Shown piece after piece: positions 47,878 to 61,600 of a DNA stretch of 64,000 bases (its first letter is position 1; every line of letters begins with the position of its first letter). Made by a program: the position numbers and the translations under genes. Under the pieces are notes generated by a model. The model made no database searches, was not told where the DNA came from, and saw only the letters and a program-made list of their open reading frames with translations. The stretch lies in assembly GCA_037447605.1 (NCBI GenBank), contig CM074818.1, positions 942,617-1,006,616 on the forward strand. The letters run 5' to 3'. Source of the stretch: Zygnema circumcarinatum SAG 698-1b. Taxonomy: Eukaryota; Plantae; Zygnematophyceae.

Positions 47878-49726
47878 CTACTCAGCGGTGGTGGGGAGGT
47901 TGCGCCCGTGGAAGCCCGAGTAGCGGCAGTCCGCCGCCAGCACGTGCGAGGCGACGTAGTCCTCCGCGGCGCCGTCCAGGAACCCGCGCCCGCTCTCGCC
48001 GTCCGCCACCACGCCGTGGCGGAGAGCGTCGCCCCGCGCGGAGAACTCCGAGGTGCGCTCCTCCCTCCCCTCGCGGTAGGTCTGTCCCAGCACGCCATGG
48101 ATGGCAGCCGTCGTCTGCAACAGCAACAACAACAACAGCAACACGTCAACAAAACAAACAAACATCCCAAACAAGACAGCAATACATCGCAACCTCAATC
48201 AAAACCATTCTAAACCCCAAAACCTCAGAAGGGGGTTCAGGGTTCAGGGCTCAGGGTTCAGGGTTCAGGGTTCAGGGTTCAGGGTTCAGGGTTTAGGGTT
48301 TCCGCCCGTCTTCACCTGCATCCAGTTGATCGCCAAGCTGATATGCGCCTCGGCGTCATCCTCGCGACGGAGCAGCGGGTGCGCCACGCGGAGCTGCACC
48401 GCCATGTCCAGCAACTCCGCCACCTTCACCGCGTAGAGGTCGATGTCATAGATCCCGCTCTTCTCAATCCCCACAAACTTCAGAACGAGCCCTCCCGCAA
48501 GCTCCCTCTCCTCTCCCAACCCCATACGTGCGAGCCTCTCTCCATCTGCCTCTGCGAGCGCGAGAAAGCCCTCCCCCCTCGCCGTCTCCCCCCCACTGCG
48601 CGCCGCCAAAAGCAGAGAATGCTGGGACCCATCCGCCGCCAACCACACGATTCCGAGCTCCCGGATCCATGTCCGTACGGCCTTGCCCCCGCGGACGAGC
48701 GCGGCGCCCTCCGTCCTCTCGTCGAGGTAGCCGGTCATCTTCATGTTGAGGTGCAGGCGGAGGTCCGAGACGAGGCAGAAGGTCTTCCCGGGCTCGCCGT
48801 TGAAGTCGTAGTGCGTGCCGTGCGCGCCCACAAAGTGCGGGTCGTCCTTCACAGTGCCGCACTTGCTGCCCACGTTTGTGCTGTACGGGGCGCCGCAGGA
48901 GGGGCCCAGGGATCCCGGATAGAGGAAGCACTGCCCGCCGGCATTCCTGCACAGGGGAGGGAGGGAGGGAGGGGGGGGAGGGGTCGGAGAGGTGTGAGCT
49001 CTCTATCTCTCTCTCTCTCTCTCTGTCCTCTCTCCTTCTCCCTCTCTTTCTAGATTAGTCTTACTCTCGTTCTCCATCTCTTTCAGTCGCCTACGCTGAC
49101 ACTTTCGCTTTATATCTCTCCATCCTTATTCTCTCTGCGCGTTCATATCTTACTCTCCTCCCTTACCCCTCTTCCCTCTCCCTCGCTCCCTCTGTCTTCG
49201 CTCCATCACACACACTCTCTCTCTCCCTCTCTCTCTCTCTCCCCCAATGCGCGCAGCAGGAGTGGCAGCAGCACTCACGTCCACACCCACTGCCACACGT
49301 TGCACGTGGAGGTGGTCTTGCAGAGCTTGCAGCACAACGCCGCCGAATTCTTTGGCTGAATTTTGACCTTCTCGCTGCCGACCATGATGGTGCCGGAAAA
49401 CGGACAGTTGCCGAACCCGCACGGAAAGGGCGTGGCCGGGACCTGCAGGAGGGGGAAGGGGGCACACCGCAGCATGACGTCATAAAAAACTCCCATGCAT
49501 GGCACTGCCTCGCATGCATGCATGATGTGGTCCTACAATGCATGCATGGCCTGCCACGTGGCACCCCCCCGTGCCTCACCGAGAAGTTCCCGACAAGGCC
49601 GCCGGAGGCGCAGGAGCCCGTGTTGCAGCCGTCGTTCATGCGGTAGTTGGGGCAGTCGGCGGAAGCCATGGCGGCCATGGCGGCGACCATGGCGAGGACT
49701 GCAAGGGAGGCGGAGGATCCAGCCAT
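47878..49726 (-). CDS. Secreted Cys-rich protein: signal peptide, PAN/Apple-like module and root-cap (LEA-related, VWD-like) domain, 4 exons, ~392 aa
   Basis: Exons 49726-49580, 49442-49279, 48946-48316, 48114-47878 (1179 nt). Hydrophobic N-terminus MAGSSASLAVLAMVAAMAAMASA; CCKLCKTTSTCNVWQWVWTNAGGQCFL pattern; DDPHFVGAHGTHYDFNG..FCLVSD..LHLNMK, TWIRELG and HGVLGQTY are characteristic of the root-cap family. Confidence 0.85.
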
Positions 49727-51938
49727 GGCTTCCGTCCACGAGCTCACAGAGCCCTTTCCCCGCACTGAGGATGGAGAGAGAGAAAAGAGAGAGAGAGAGA
49801 AGGAGAGGGAGAGAGAGGACCGGCGGGCTCTGTGAGAGAGTGGCGCGGCGCTCCCTCTTCTTAGCGAAGGCTCAGGTGGCGGCATCAAGGGGGCCGCGGG
49901 GCGGCATTTTGGCGGGAAGAGAAGGAGACGACAGGCGTTAGTTCCCCTCCTGGCAGGACGGCGCATTTTGGCGCGTAGTAGCCCAACTGGCGGCAAATAT
50001 TCGACAGTTAAGCCCGTTAACCAATGGCGGCACGGCCGGCGTAACTGCCGTACGCATGCATTGATAGCGTCAGGTTAAACCACGTCACGACAAAAAGCGG
50101 AAGGGCCCAAAAGATTTTGGATCATCCGATTCCGGGCCTATCTGGCCGTACGAAATGCCTCACGTGACGGATCTAAGTTTTGGATGCATTATAGCTTCAG
50201 ATTCTTTGTAGGGTTATCTGGGCCAGCGCCACGTCATCCAAATCTGAGAATTTATGGCAGGTGGCCTCGTGTGTAGAGATCGTAGATCCTGTTCCAGATG
50301 CGGCGGAACAGCAGGGGGCGCAGTTTTCATGCTGAATCCGTGTCAGAATTTGTGAAACTGCGCGCAGGGAGACGTGTTGAACTGGGAGTATTGCTCTGGA
50401 AAAGTACTAAGCGAGAAGTTCCATGGATCGTTTTGTTCTCGTGTGCGAGTTACGGAGTTCCATGAGGACCAGTTCTGTCGACGTGTCGCCGTCGTGGCTT
50501 CCACGTTGATACCACGTGGCTGCCACATTGGCGTGAAAACGTCCACATCTTCATATGGGGCAGGCCGAACCATTTCAGTTTTGAGAGTCTTTAGGGCTTG
50601 TAGGGTTTTTAGGGTTTTCAGGCTTTCAGGGTTTGTGGGGTTTTCGGGTTTTAACGGCTTTGCAGTCTATGGGGGGGGCGGGGAGGAAAGGAGGGGGCCA
50701 CTTGGAATGTACATATTTATTATAACATCACAGTTTATGGTAAGTCGCTCCATCTCTACAATAAGAAATAAGTCTGTCTCTTCACTTCTCAGGAATGCTC
50801 TCGTCTCTCCCTCTTCCCTCGCTTTCCCTCTCTCGCTCTCTCTCTTTCTCTCCGTCTCTTTCTCTTCTCTCTCTCTCCCGCTCTCTGTCTCTCCCAACCC
50901 TACGTTAGGCCTCGCTTTCCAAAAGTTGGGGGCACTACGGCGAGTGCGAAGGGAACCTTCCAAGACATACAGATACATTGAATCTGGCCTCAATTCTGGA
51001 TATGTGTTTGCAACACAATAGAACCAATACCACCTGCAGCACATGTGCCACCAAAACAAGGCATCAAATACGAACTAGAACATTCCAGCTAAGTTCAACG
51101 TAAAACTAGGCCACCCTCTCCCACTGCCTCTCATCGTCCCCTGCCAGTCTACCCTCTTCTCTCCCACTCTTCCGTCATCTGCTTCTACTTCTCCCTCTTC
51201 CTTTCCCTCGGTCCACCTCTCTCGCTCTCGCTCTCTCTCTCTCTGTACCTCTGCCGCTGCTCCCCACCTTGACATTTCCTCTCCCTGTGCCCTCACTCCC
51301 CCCTTTCCTCTGCTTCTCCCTCTCCTCTTTTACTCCACACTTCTATCCATCCTCGTGCATTGAAAAGAGCCCATAAACTAAAGCAAAAAAAAGGCAGAGG
51401 GAAAACAAACGTTGGGCCTCTCACTCCCTCTCAAATTTACCCATTCTGATGTCCAAATGGAGATGAAGGCAGGGGCCGTACCTCACAGAAGATGGGTTTA
51501 CAATTATCTCAGCTCCGCCTTTCCTTTGAAGTGCTTCTTGACCCCCACTCCTCCTCTATCTCCTTCTACTCCTCCTCTTCCTCCTCCTCCACAGCTTTAC
51601 AATGCAAGCACTGAACAGCTGAAAGCAGCCTTTCATGCTTCTTCCACTAATATACACTATCTAACGATAGTCTTCCCTACTTCCTTTCCTCGCTCTCCTC
51701 TCTCTTCTCTCAATTCTTCGCTCTCTCCTCTTATTCCTCTCTCCTCACTCCCCTCGTCCTCCTCACTCTCCTCTCTCCTCTCCCACCTATCACCTCTCTC
51801 TCCCCTCTCTCTGCCCCCTCTCTCTCCTGCCTTACTAACTGCTGCTAGAGCATCGAAAGTGCGGCATCATCATCCTCCTTCCCAGCTCCCACAGCCCTAT
51901 TAATCTTTTTACAGGTCTAAATCTCTCCTCGAATGACA

Positions 51939-54900
51939 TCATCGGTTGGGCGGCACAGAGGTCGCCATGGCCCTGAGTTCGGCGGCAACTTCCTGGAAGG
52001 TGGGCCGCTTCAAGGGGTCTCCGTTCCAGCATCGCTCCATGAGCGCCTTCCACGAAGGATCGCACCAAGAGGGAATGGGCGGCCTCAGGGTGTTATTCAA
52101 GATTCCTCCTGCAGGGGAGGGNNNNNNNNNNGAAGGGAGGGAGGGCGGGAGGGATGGGGGAAGGGAGGGAGGAAGGGAGGGAGGGAGGGGGGCAGTACAT
52201 GCATTGTTTTAGATTTTAGAATTATGGAATCAGTCAGGACCCGATACAGAATGTTTGAAGTCTATTGTTGTTCTTTAGGTCTTTCTATGGAATTAGAGTT
52301 TTTTCGCATGCTGCTCTTCTCTATGCCATTTTCCTCTCCCTTTCAGCACTCACCTATGATCGCTCCGTAGTGCATACTTGCGTACGGCTCTTCAGCAGTC
52401 AAAAGCTCCCACATACAAATTCCGAAGGAAAATACATCCACCTGCACAAGCATTGCTTTCCACCTCTTTAACTTTCTACCCATGTGTTAAGCACCTCTCA
52501 TCTTTAGATCAAAAGAACGAGTTAAAACTCCGCCACAAAGGAAAGCCTCTCCCGCCTTCAACCTCAAGCCCGTTTCCTCTCACTAATCACCTCTCCCTCC
52601 CACAGAATCTCCTCCCCCTCTCTCATTCTATCCCTCTCTAAAATGATAGGCTAAGTTTAAGTTTACATGTTTAGTCAAGCACCTTTTCAGTCACAAGAGA
52701 GCTCCGACCATCCAAAAGTTCAGGAGCCATCCATGGCAGTGTTCCTCTCACTCCTCCGGAAACCATAGTCTTATGCTTCACCTTGGAAAGCCCCAAGTCT
52801 CCCACCTGCATAGAACAACAAAGCCCTCAGTTCTGCAGTTCTGATCCTCTGTTCTCCATGCAGAAAGCACCTTCTTTTTCCTTTCAATTGCAGTCTTTTG
52901 AGGTTGTTCTACGCAATTTTTTCCTTCCCCGAAAGACGAATGAACCCATTTATAACCTTATCGATTTGTCTCCCTCTAAAGCGCACACAATCAGGTCACA
53001 CTGTCAAACAATCTTCAAAACCCTAATCTCCCAAACCCTAATCTTCCAAACCCTAATCTTCAAAACCCTAATCTTCCAAACCCTAATCTACCAAACCCCA
53101 AACCCTAATCTTCCAAACCCTGATCCTCTTCAAGCATATGATTTCCCGAAGAGAAGGCGGACCTTGCAAATGGGTCGCTGCGGGTCTCGCAGGTTCACGA
53201 GAAGATTGTCACATTTCAAGTCGAAATGCACAATGTTTTTCCCATGCAAATATTCCATTCCGAAAGCAGCATCCATTCCAATAAGAATTCTCTTTCTCCG
53301 ATCAATGGACCTGCCCAAACAGCCCCCCATAGACGACATATACATCATATCATATTCATATTCTGACTCAAATATGAAACTGTCCACAAGAACAACAAAG
53401 CTCTACATTAAGACTAAAAAAAAAAAACCCCACATATCAAATCTTTGCAGCAAGCCATTACCTTCAAAGTATCAATAAGCAACAGAGTCAGTTGATTGCG
53501 CAGTGGAGTATGCCATCCCCCCAAGAACAAGTTTAATTACTACTATTTTTTAACTAATTCACAACTTCAGATCATGTAAAAGTAAAGTGTTTCCAAGTGG
53601 CATCATTTTTCCTACCTGTCCTTCTTCTGCAAGACCTGCTTGAGAGATCCGTTGACCATATATTCCGTTACAGTAGCAAGGGTCCCCCCCGGACCATTCT
53701 TCACTACGCCATAGAAAGCGACAACATTTGGATGATGGAGAGCCCCCAATATACAAGCCTCTCTCCAAAAATCAGCAATCTGCCAAGGGAGGAGGGGAGA
53801 AGGATAAGCTTCAGTTAGGGGGCAAAAAATCAGTTTTAGGGCAAGCTTGGCAGTTCCCAAGTTAGCATCATGTCAGCACCCCAAGCACTCAAAAACCTAA
53901 AAGTCTTAAATGAGGTGTTATTGTGGGTTCGGACAAACAGAACATTCGACAGAAAATTCGCCTTAACCACCCTTTTTTTTTCTAGTGCTGAAAATTCATT
54001 CATAAAAGATAGTTTGCTTGCGAGGAGTAAAAGATACGCCTCATTCCCTCTCCCCTTCTCTCTCTCCCCTTCTCTCTCTCCCTCCCTCTCTCTCTCCCCC
54101 TCTCGCCCTCTCTCTCTCCCTCCTCTCCCTCTTTCTCTCCCTCTCTCTCCCCCTCTCTCTCCCTCCCTCTCTCCCTCCCTCTCTCCCTCCTCTCTCCCTC
54201 ACAGCCTCCCTCTCTCTCCCTCCCTCTCTCTCTCCCTCCCTCTCTCCCTCCTCTCCCTCCCTCTCCCTCCCTCTCTCTCTCCCTCTCTCCCTCTCTCTCC
54301 CTCTTTATCCCACTCCCTCTCCCTCCCTCCCTCCCTCTCTCCCTCCCTCTCTCCCTCCCTCTCCCTCTCCCTCTCTCCCTCCCTCTCTCTCCCTCCCTCT
54401 CTCCCTCCCTCTCCCTGCAGAGCGATGCGAGCTCACCAGCCTCTCCTGCTCCGAGGGGTGCCCTTGGAATACGGACGTTTTGATGCGTTTGATGGCCACA
54501 TCCGTCCCCCGCCACTTCCCATAGAACACAGTTCCGTACGTGCCGGAGCCGAGCTCCCTCAGCTCCTCCAAGTCCTCATTTGGAATTGTCTGAACCCCAA
54601 AACAGGGGAGAAGCCAAAGGAGGGAAGGCAAAGCCCATAAGCACATCGAGCATTTGCAGCGCCTTTTCTCCATTTATCATCGCACATTTCCGTTTTAAGG
54701 AATTCACTGATGTTTGTTGTCCGATGACTCATGTTTTGGGAGAGTTTAGTTAGTCAGTTGGTTTAGTTTAGTTTAGTTTTCTTTACCTGTAAGTGATGTC
54801 CATCGTCAGGCTGCTCCACCAGCTGCTCGTTTGCCTTTGTTAGAATTAGGTTACCGTCCACTTCAATAGACTCATCATCCGGTTTGGTCTGCCAGACAAA

Positions 54901-57900
54901 GACACAGAAAGAAAAAGAAGGAAAAACGAGAGAGAGGAATGGTTTTGAGAGAGCTGATGTCAAATAATAAATAAAAAATAAATATATAAATAAATGCAAC
55001 AAACCCCCCCTCAAATAGTCCCTTGTTCTAACTCGATCGTAACAATATTGTACAGTTCAAATGTAACATGAATAAGAGCCTGGAGATGCAATACATATTA
55101 CAGATTACAAGGCCATCCCCTTCCGTTTTTTATTTCAGCAGCAAAGCCATAAAATATTGCCTTCACCGGAATTAAGTCGGAAATTAGTCCCCAGATGGCA
55201 TGAGATAAGTGGCTCCAATTAAAACCGACGATATTGAACAGCCAAATTTCTCATATCAATGCGAAATTTGCAAAGTTAGTTATATGCTTACATCCTCTTC
55301 TTTCTGTGAGGAAGTTTCCTCCCTTTCTTGCGGCTTCTGCTCTCCAGCTTCTCCTGACAATAGCCTTGATACGGGCACACTGCTGGCAGCCTGCTCCACT
55401 CCCATGCCTGCAATCCGGCCGCTATGGGCACCTCCTATGGGGTTACAGCCACCCTCTCCCTCCTCCTCAGAAAGCTCTCTACCACTCCGATCCCTTCTCT
55501 CTGTCCTCAAAACGGAGCTCTCTCTCTCACCTCGAAGAATGCTCTTTGCTAACGGACTGCTTCCCAGTACAGAAGCAGCCACATCTTCTGCCACGTGGCG
55601 TTCTCTCATTTGTTGGGAGCCCAGAATGGGAGCTGGTACGGACGAGGAGACCTGCTTAGGATGTTCCATGAAAGGAATCTGATTTGGCTGAGCTGCTTCA
55701 GGTCCACTACTTTCAGAAACTTCCAGATTAGTTGCTGGTTCATTTACAATGTTCCAATCTTGTTCAATTTCTACTGCACTTCCCATCACAGATAAGCCCA
55801 AATCATCCGGCAAACATCCTTCGCCCCCTATAAGCTGAGGGGTGGTGGGCATTACATCAATGCTTCTCTCCCCGGAGTTGTTTCTTTCCATAGTAAAACC
55901 CCCACTTTGAGAGGGTTTCGGCTGATACTCTTGTGCATGGCGAGCTTGTTTACCATTTTCCTCTGCTGTTGGAGTAGTTTCAGCTGCAAATTCCCAGGCT
56001 GATTTCTGCCGACGATGACTTCCATGATTCAAACCTTTATAGTGAGCATCCACCCTCTCTTCCGCAGCAATTCCACCCACTTCACTCGACGATCCTAACC
56101 CGTCTTGAAGTACAGAAATCTCACCTGCTATTCTTTTGAGCCGTTCTTCAGATTCTTTCAACTTATCACTACCTGCAATCTCCGGCCTATATCCTCCTGC
56201 AACAGCGATTTCTCCCCCTCTTCCAGGGATCAAACTATCCCTAGAAAGTGCACTTTTTGACGGACCTAATCTCCCTGTCAGACCTAAAGCAAGAGCTTCC
56301 AAATGAGAAGAATCCGAGGGTTCAGATACTCCTTCAAACTGCTCATCTCTGCCTTCTATAAAAGGTTCAGTCTGCGGAATTTCACCAGGAAAAGCTTCCC
56401 CCACTTCTCCTCCTTCTTTGGGGCTTTGCTGACCATCAAATCGACTCATATGCTGCCAATCAACAGAGGAATGAGGCATATGGCTGTCTACCGCACGTGG
56501 GAAGCCCCCCTGTAATTGGCCAGCCTTCGGCTCTACCCCCCACCCTACAACCCCCTGATCTTTAATTCCAGAAACATTTGAAATATGTGAAGCATTCTCG
56601 TTCTCGGAGATCGGCTGCTTGCTCCTACCACCAGTATTCAAGTAGAAATTGTCGTCACTTTTTTGAGTAAAGCCGGAATTGACCGATCCGAGTTGACTCA
56701 CCCGGCCATCTCCGCGGTTAGCTGTGTTCTCAAGAGGTAATTGCCGAACATCAACACTCAAATCAGCCGGTCGGCTAACCAGTTTTTCAGTCAAAGCAGT
56801 CAAACCACTCTCATCCAGTTCTTCTGAAGTCCTGTAAGACCTCAAATCCTCTGCATTTCGCTGAGAAATCAAAGCTTTTTCATCGAGTGGAAACTCTCCG
56901 ACGATGTTCGTGTTTGGTCCGGGCAAAACCCACTTCTGATCTTCTGATCCCCTGAAAGATCTCAACCCATCTTGACTTGTTTGAAGTTCAGACCTTCCTA
57001 AGGCAGCAGAATTCAATCCCAATTGCCTCATATTAGCAGCATCTGATCTTCCCTGTACTCCCATTTGGGTCGTTTGTAGTCTTGAAGGAGGGTGGCCGAG
57101 CCCTGAAACTTCCCAACCAGTGCTAGAATCGGCTGAACCCTGAACCCCTCTTAACTGCTCATGCATGCTAAACCTGCCATCCTCGAAATCATTCGTTTGC
57201 TGCAAAGTCTCCATTGGTTGTCCAAGCAGGTCTTGGAATCCATCATCTTGTTTGCGGCTACCTGGATTTACCGATGAGTGTATTAGATCATTGGGCTCCA
57301 ATGGGATATCCCAAGGATTGATTAGTAGACCAGTCTGCCCCCCCAAATCTCTCACACCTAAAAGACTGTCGGAATCTTCCGGTAGTCTCAGCTCTTCCAC
57401 ATTTTGATGCATCCCCTGCATATGACTTGTAGCAATTGCAGCAGCAGTGGGCAGGCTTGAAGCAACCTCCCGATCTCCGAAAGCAGCTTCTGGGCCACTT
57501 GATAGGATTTCTAAACTAGTCCTTAACGACGTATGGGAACTATTTCGACCCGGAATATTCAGATTTCTGCCCCCTTCAAAATCAGCAATTTCTGATTTTC
57601 CACCCCCAAGATGATCCAAGAATCTTGACCCCCAATTCTCACCTGCTATGGGCCGGTCAGGGATTACATCCCCTCGAAGCCAACCTCCATCCCATGGCAG
57701 CCCTGCTGCTCCATTATCTGGGTCAGAAAATGGTCCACTATGAAACCCAGATACTTGCCCATGTACTGTCTGCCCTTGCATTCCAGAATCATATGCAGCT
57801 GCAGCACTCCGAAGAGGTTGTTGGGGCTCATTCAAAATGTGTGAATATATGGGCTCTCCAGCAAAGAATGGAGGAGGTCCAAAAGAGTGATCTACATTGC

Positions 57901-58606
57901 TCCCCAGCCTGCTAACTACATAGCCCTCATCCTTCCTTTGAGCTGCAGCTTCCTGACTCCACCTTGCAGGACGATGCAGCATTTCCGGCCCATCTTCGAA
58001 GGTCTCAAACCTGAGAGGCTGATGTTGAATGCTTCTTGTTCCATGCTCATGCTGGACATCTATTAATGGACCCATCCCCCCACCAGTACGATCAGCTGCT
58101 CTTGAAACTGCTCCCACCTCCCTCACATCTGCTTCCTCTGTAGCTCCACTACGAGCCCAAAATGTTCTATCTTCTGGACGATTAAACTGCCCTTCAGTTG
58201 GCATTAAACTCTGAGACTGTGGTTGCAGCTTCTGCATGTCTGAGCCTTGCTGATGTCTCCATACAAGCCCAGGGTTCATTTCAGGAATGTTTGATCTTAG
58301 TGAGCTCTCAGCTTCCGGAACATCAAAGGGTGCGTGAGGTATCGTCTGCCTTCTCCCTCCCCCTTCGCCATAAAGTGATTTTATCCGCGGAGAGGACGGA
58401 GCATGAGGACTGCCTACTCTCCAATTTCGGCCTGTCTGACTTCTATTGTCTACAGAATATGTAGGCACTTCTGCTTCTCTCCCCAAAGGAAGCTGTTCCT
58501 CTGCCCTCATCCGCAAATCTCCACGCGTGTGACTTGCCTCAATCCAATGGGGCTCTAATGGGTGGCGAAAAACTTCCTCTTGCTGGGGACCAATCCGGCC
58601 CAAATA

Positions 58607-58639
<33 letters not shown>

Positions 58640-61600
58640 CTGAACCAATCCACCTCTCACTGCAGAATCTTGAGCCCCTGCAATATGCGAAATTCCACTG
58701 CCACCCTCATATTGGGGATAGCCTGTCCTTCCATGAAAAGGTTGGCCTTCTGTCGGTTGCAAAAGCTGCTGCTGGAGGGCAACTGTACGGCCCTGCATAA
58801 CTCTCTGATTAAGAAGCCCCGGCTCGTCTGCAATTTCTGCCTCTCCATGTCGGGAACGCTCTCCTAAGAATCTAGGGAACCCCCCTGTAACAGAATGCGT
58901 TGGAAGTGCAGACCCCACAAGTCCATTGTTTCCAGGCAAAGGTCTGTTCCAGGGCTGCAGACCCATATGCATGTCTGATGAAAGCTGACCATTTGCCATC
59001 ATATCCACTCTGGATGACCTAGACCCATAGTCTGAACCCCCCAAGTCCCCACTTCTGACTTGGTCAGACTTCAAGTGGTCGGTTAACTGCGACCACAAAG
59101 GTCCCGGTGAATGCGGTAACTCATCCCGAGCATGCGGAGATGGAGGTCCTGAAGGGTTCAACCTCAACTGCCCCTTCATCCCCATATTAAGCTGAGGAAG
59201 GTCCATCCTCCAATGCTCAAGATGGGGCTCTGCCAATTGGCGAAAGTCCTGCTGAGCAGCCCCCATACTAAGAGGGGGAATAGCACTACTACTGAGAGGC
59301 AAATCTTGCCTTGACAACACTTGATGTGCTACCACTCTCGCTTCATCGAGCTCTCTCTGCCTCCTTGGTGAAGGAGGAGCAAGTCCACCCTGCATTTCAT
59401 TACGGAACATCATTGATCCTGATGAGCCTCTCTCGGCGGGAGATTGTGGGTCTGTGGCAGAGTGCAGGAAAAACTGCTCTTGCGGTTCAAGGGGTGGGAG
59501 GAAGTCTAAGTCATCTCTCTGCCCTGGAGAATGTCGACCATATGCAGGTGAAGAAGCACCTGAATGGGGAATAGAGGAGTTTCCTGAAGGTGCTCCGGGA
59601 GCTACTCTGCCTGCTATCACAGCTCGGAGAGGTTTCTGCAACTGGCCTGCTTGAACAATATGAGGATAGTGATGAGGGAGAGAGAGATTCGGTGCACTTT
59701 CCTTGCCACTCAGAAGTTTTGAGAGCTGTCCTGCAGGATGAATTCGAGGAGAGGCTTGGCCAGAAGGAGCTGCAGAATGGCTCCCTCTTTCTGAAGAGTC
59801 CAACAGCTGTACGGCAGACCGAGACTGCTTTATAGGGAGAGGTGCAGGCAACAACTTAGCCAATTTTGGAGCCGGTTGCGACACAACAGATTGTAAATGA
59901 GTGCCCTCCCACTCCTCAGATGGGTTTCCTCTCTCGGACTGAACCCCTCCAATGAGACCTGATTCTGAACCCGAGTGAGGGGGAGCATCGAAACGAAAGT
60001 TTACTGCATCGATGTAGCAGGCATATTGAGCTTCCATGCTTGATAAATCTCCAGAAGCAACGGCTGCAAGTTGAGATTTTGGGTCGGTATCGACGGCATC
60101 AAAAAGGAAGACTCGGAGACGGGCTTGCCCTCCCGAGCTTGACCTCGCTTGCAGGTGATCGTACTCTTCAACCATATTCAGCAAGTCTTCATCGGAAGAT
60201 ACAGATACCAAGGAATCCAGATCCTCACTGGGAAGCTGCAAACGCAAGAAGAATGAAAGAATTTTCCAAAGGGGGAATGTATCGATGAAGGAGTGACAAC
60301 GCAGGGATTCATATGCATGGGAAACCTCTTTCAAATGCAGGAAGTGGTCTTTTCGTTTTCTCTCTACCCATCTGTCTCCTCTCTCTCCTCCTCCCTTCTC
60401 TCGCTCTCACTCCTTTGACTCACTTTAAACCTTCCAACATACACACTCAATCCTTTCCGTCATGTACAGATCTCAACAACCCTTTCAAACACACGTTTCC
60501 GACTCCCCGCTCCCTCCCCTCCTCACATTCACCCTCCCCCTCCCTCCCCCGACCACATTCTGCAACCCCCGAAAAATCAACGAATCATCCAGCTCTCCCT
60601 TCACCAGATTCAGTTACAACAAGCGACGCAACAGACAGAAAAAAAAGAAAAAGAAAAAAGGCGCCAGTCAAAATCTTACCGCCCAAACAAAAAAACCTGC
60701 GTCTCAAACGCCAAGGAGAAACAAAAAAAAAAAAAAAAAAAAAAACCACACAAAAAAGAAAACCAACTAGCTTAGTCAGAAAGAAACCTAAAAACCAACC
60801 TACCTGGTATTTGAGAATCAAGTCCCGCCCGTAATTCTGCGTCATCTTCGACATGAGATCACGATACGTGATCTCTCGATGCACCACCATGATCCTCGTC
60901 TCCCCGCCCACATATCGCAGTTTCCCATCCCCCGGCTTCGGAACAATCAAACCTCCATAACTGCATAGCAGCTTGATTCGCGGCCTCGCCCTCTCCGTCA
61001 AGCTTTTTGCCGCCCGTCGCTGCTGAGGATTTAGGGTTGGGGGATCCAAAAAGTCGCCGCTTGTGAGAGCTGATTCGTCCTCATCCTCACTCTCTCCCGC
61101 ACCTCCTCCTCCTCCTCCGCTGCTCTCATCCGAGTCAGTCTCTCCGTGGTCGACTAACCTAAAGATGCCCCCCCTTCCTGCACCCGCTCCCGCCCCGCTG
61201 AACCCTAAACCCGTTGCAGGAGCAGCACCGCTCTCCTTCTCCAAGGCTTTCCTCGACTGCTCTGCCTTCACATCGCCGGAATTTCGAAAAATATCGTCAA
61301 TTCCACGGGTCATGTCCTCCGTCACTCCTGCATCTTTCCTCACATCGTCGCTCGTTCCTGCCCTAACTTTTGGACCCGCGTTCCATGCAGCTACATCCGT
61401 TCTGTTTCCGTTCCGTTCCGTTCCCAGCCACACAGCACCCCCTCCCGAATCAAAGGTCCGCAAAAACCTCTCCTCCACCTGCTCCTCCTCCTCCGCCCCT
61501 CTCCCTCTCCCTCTCCCACCCTCCCTCTCTCCAGTAGGGTTCCCATCACTTATGTGCGGTAGGGTCTCCTTCCCCTGCTGCTGCTCCATTGCAGTCTGAT

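Noticed and set aside
52683-53310. HFD instead of HRD and DLG instead of DFG in the B4 kinase (pseudokinase?)
   Set aside because: HFDLK and DLG/DFG variants are normal in the B4 Raf family; the catalytic Asp and Lys are present.
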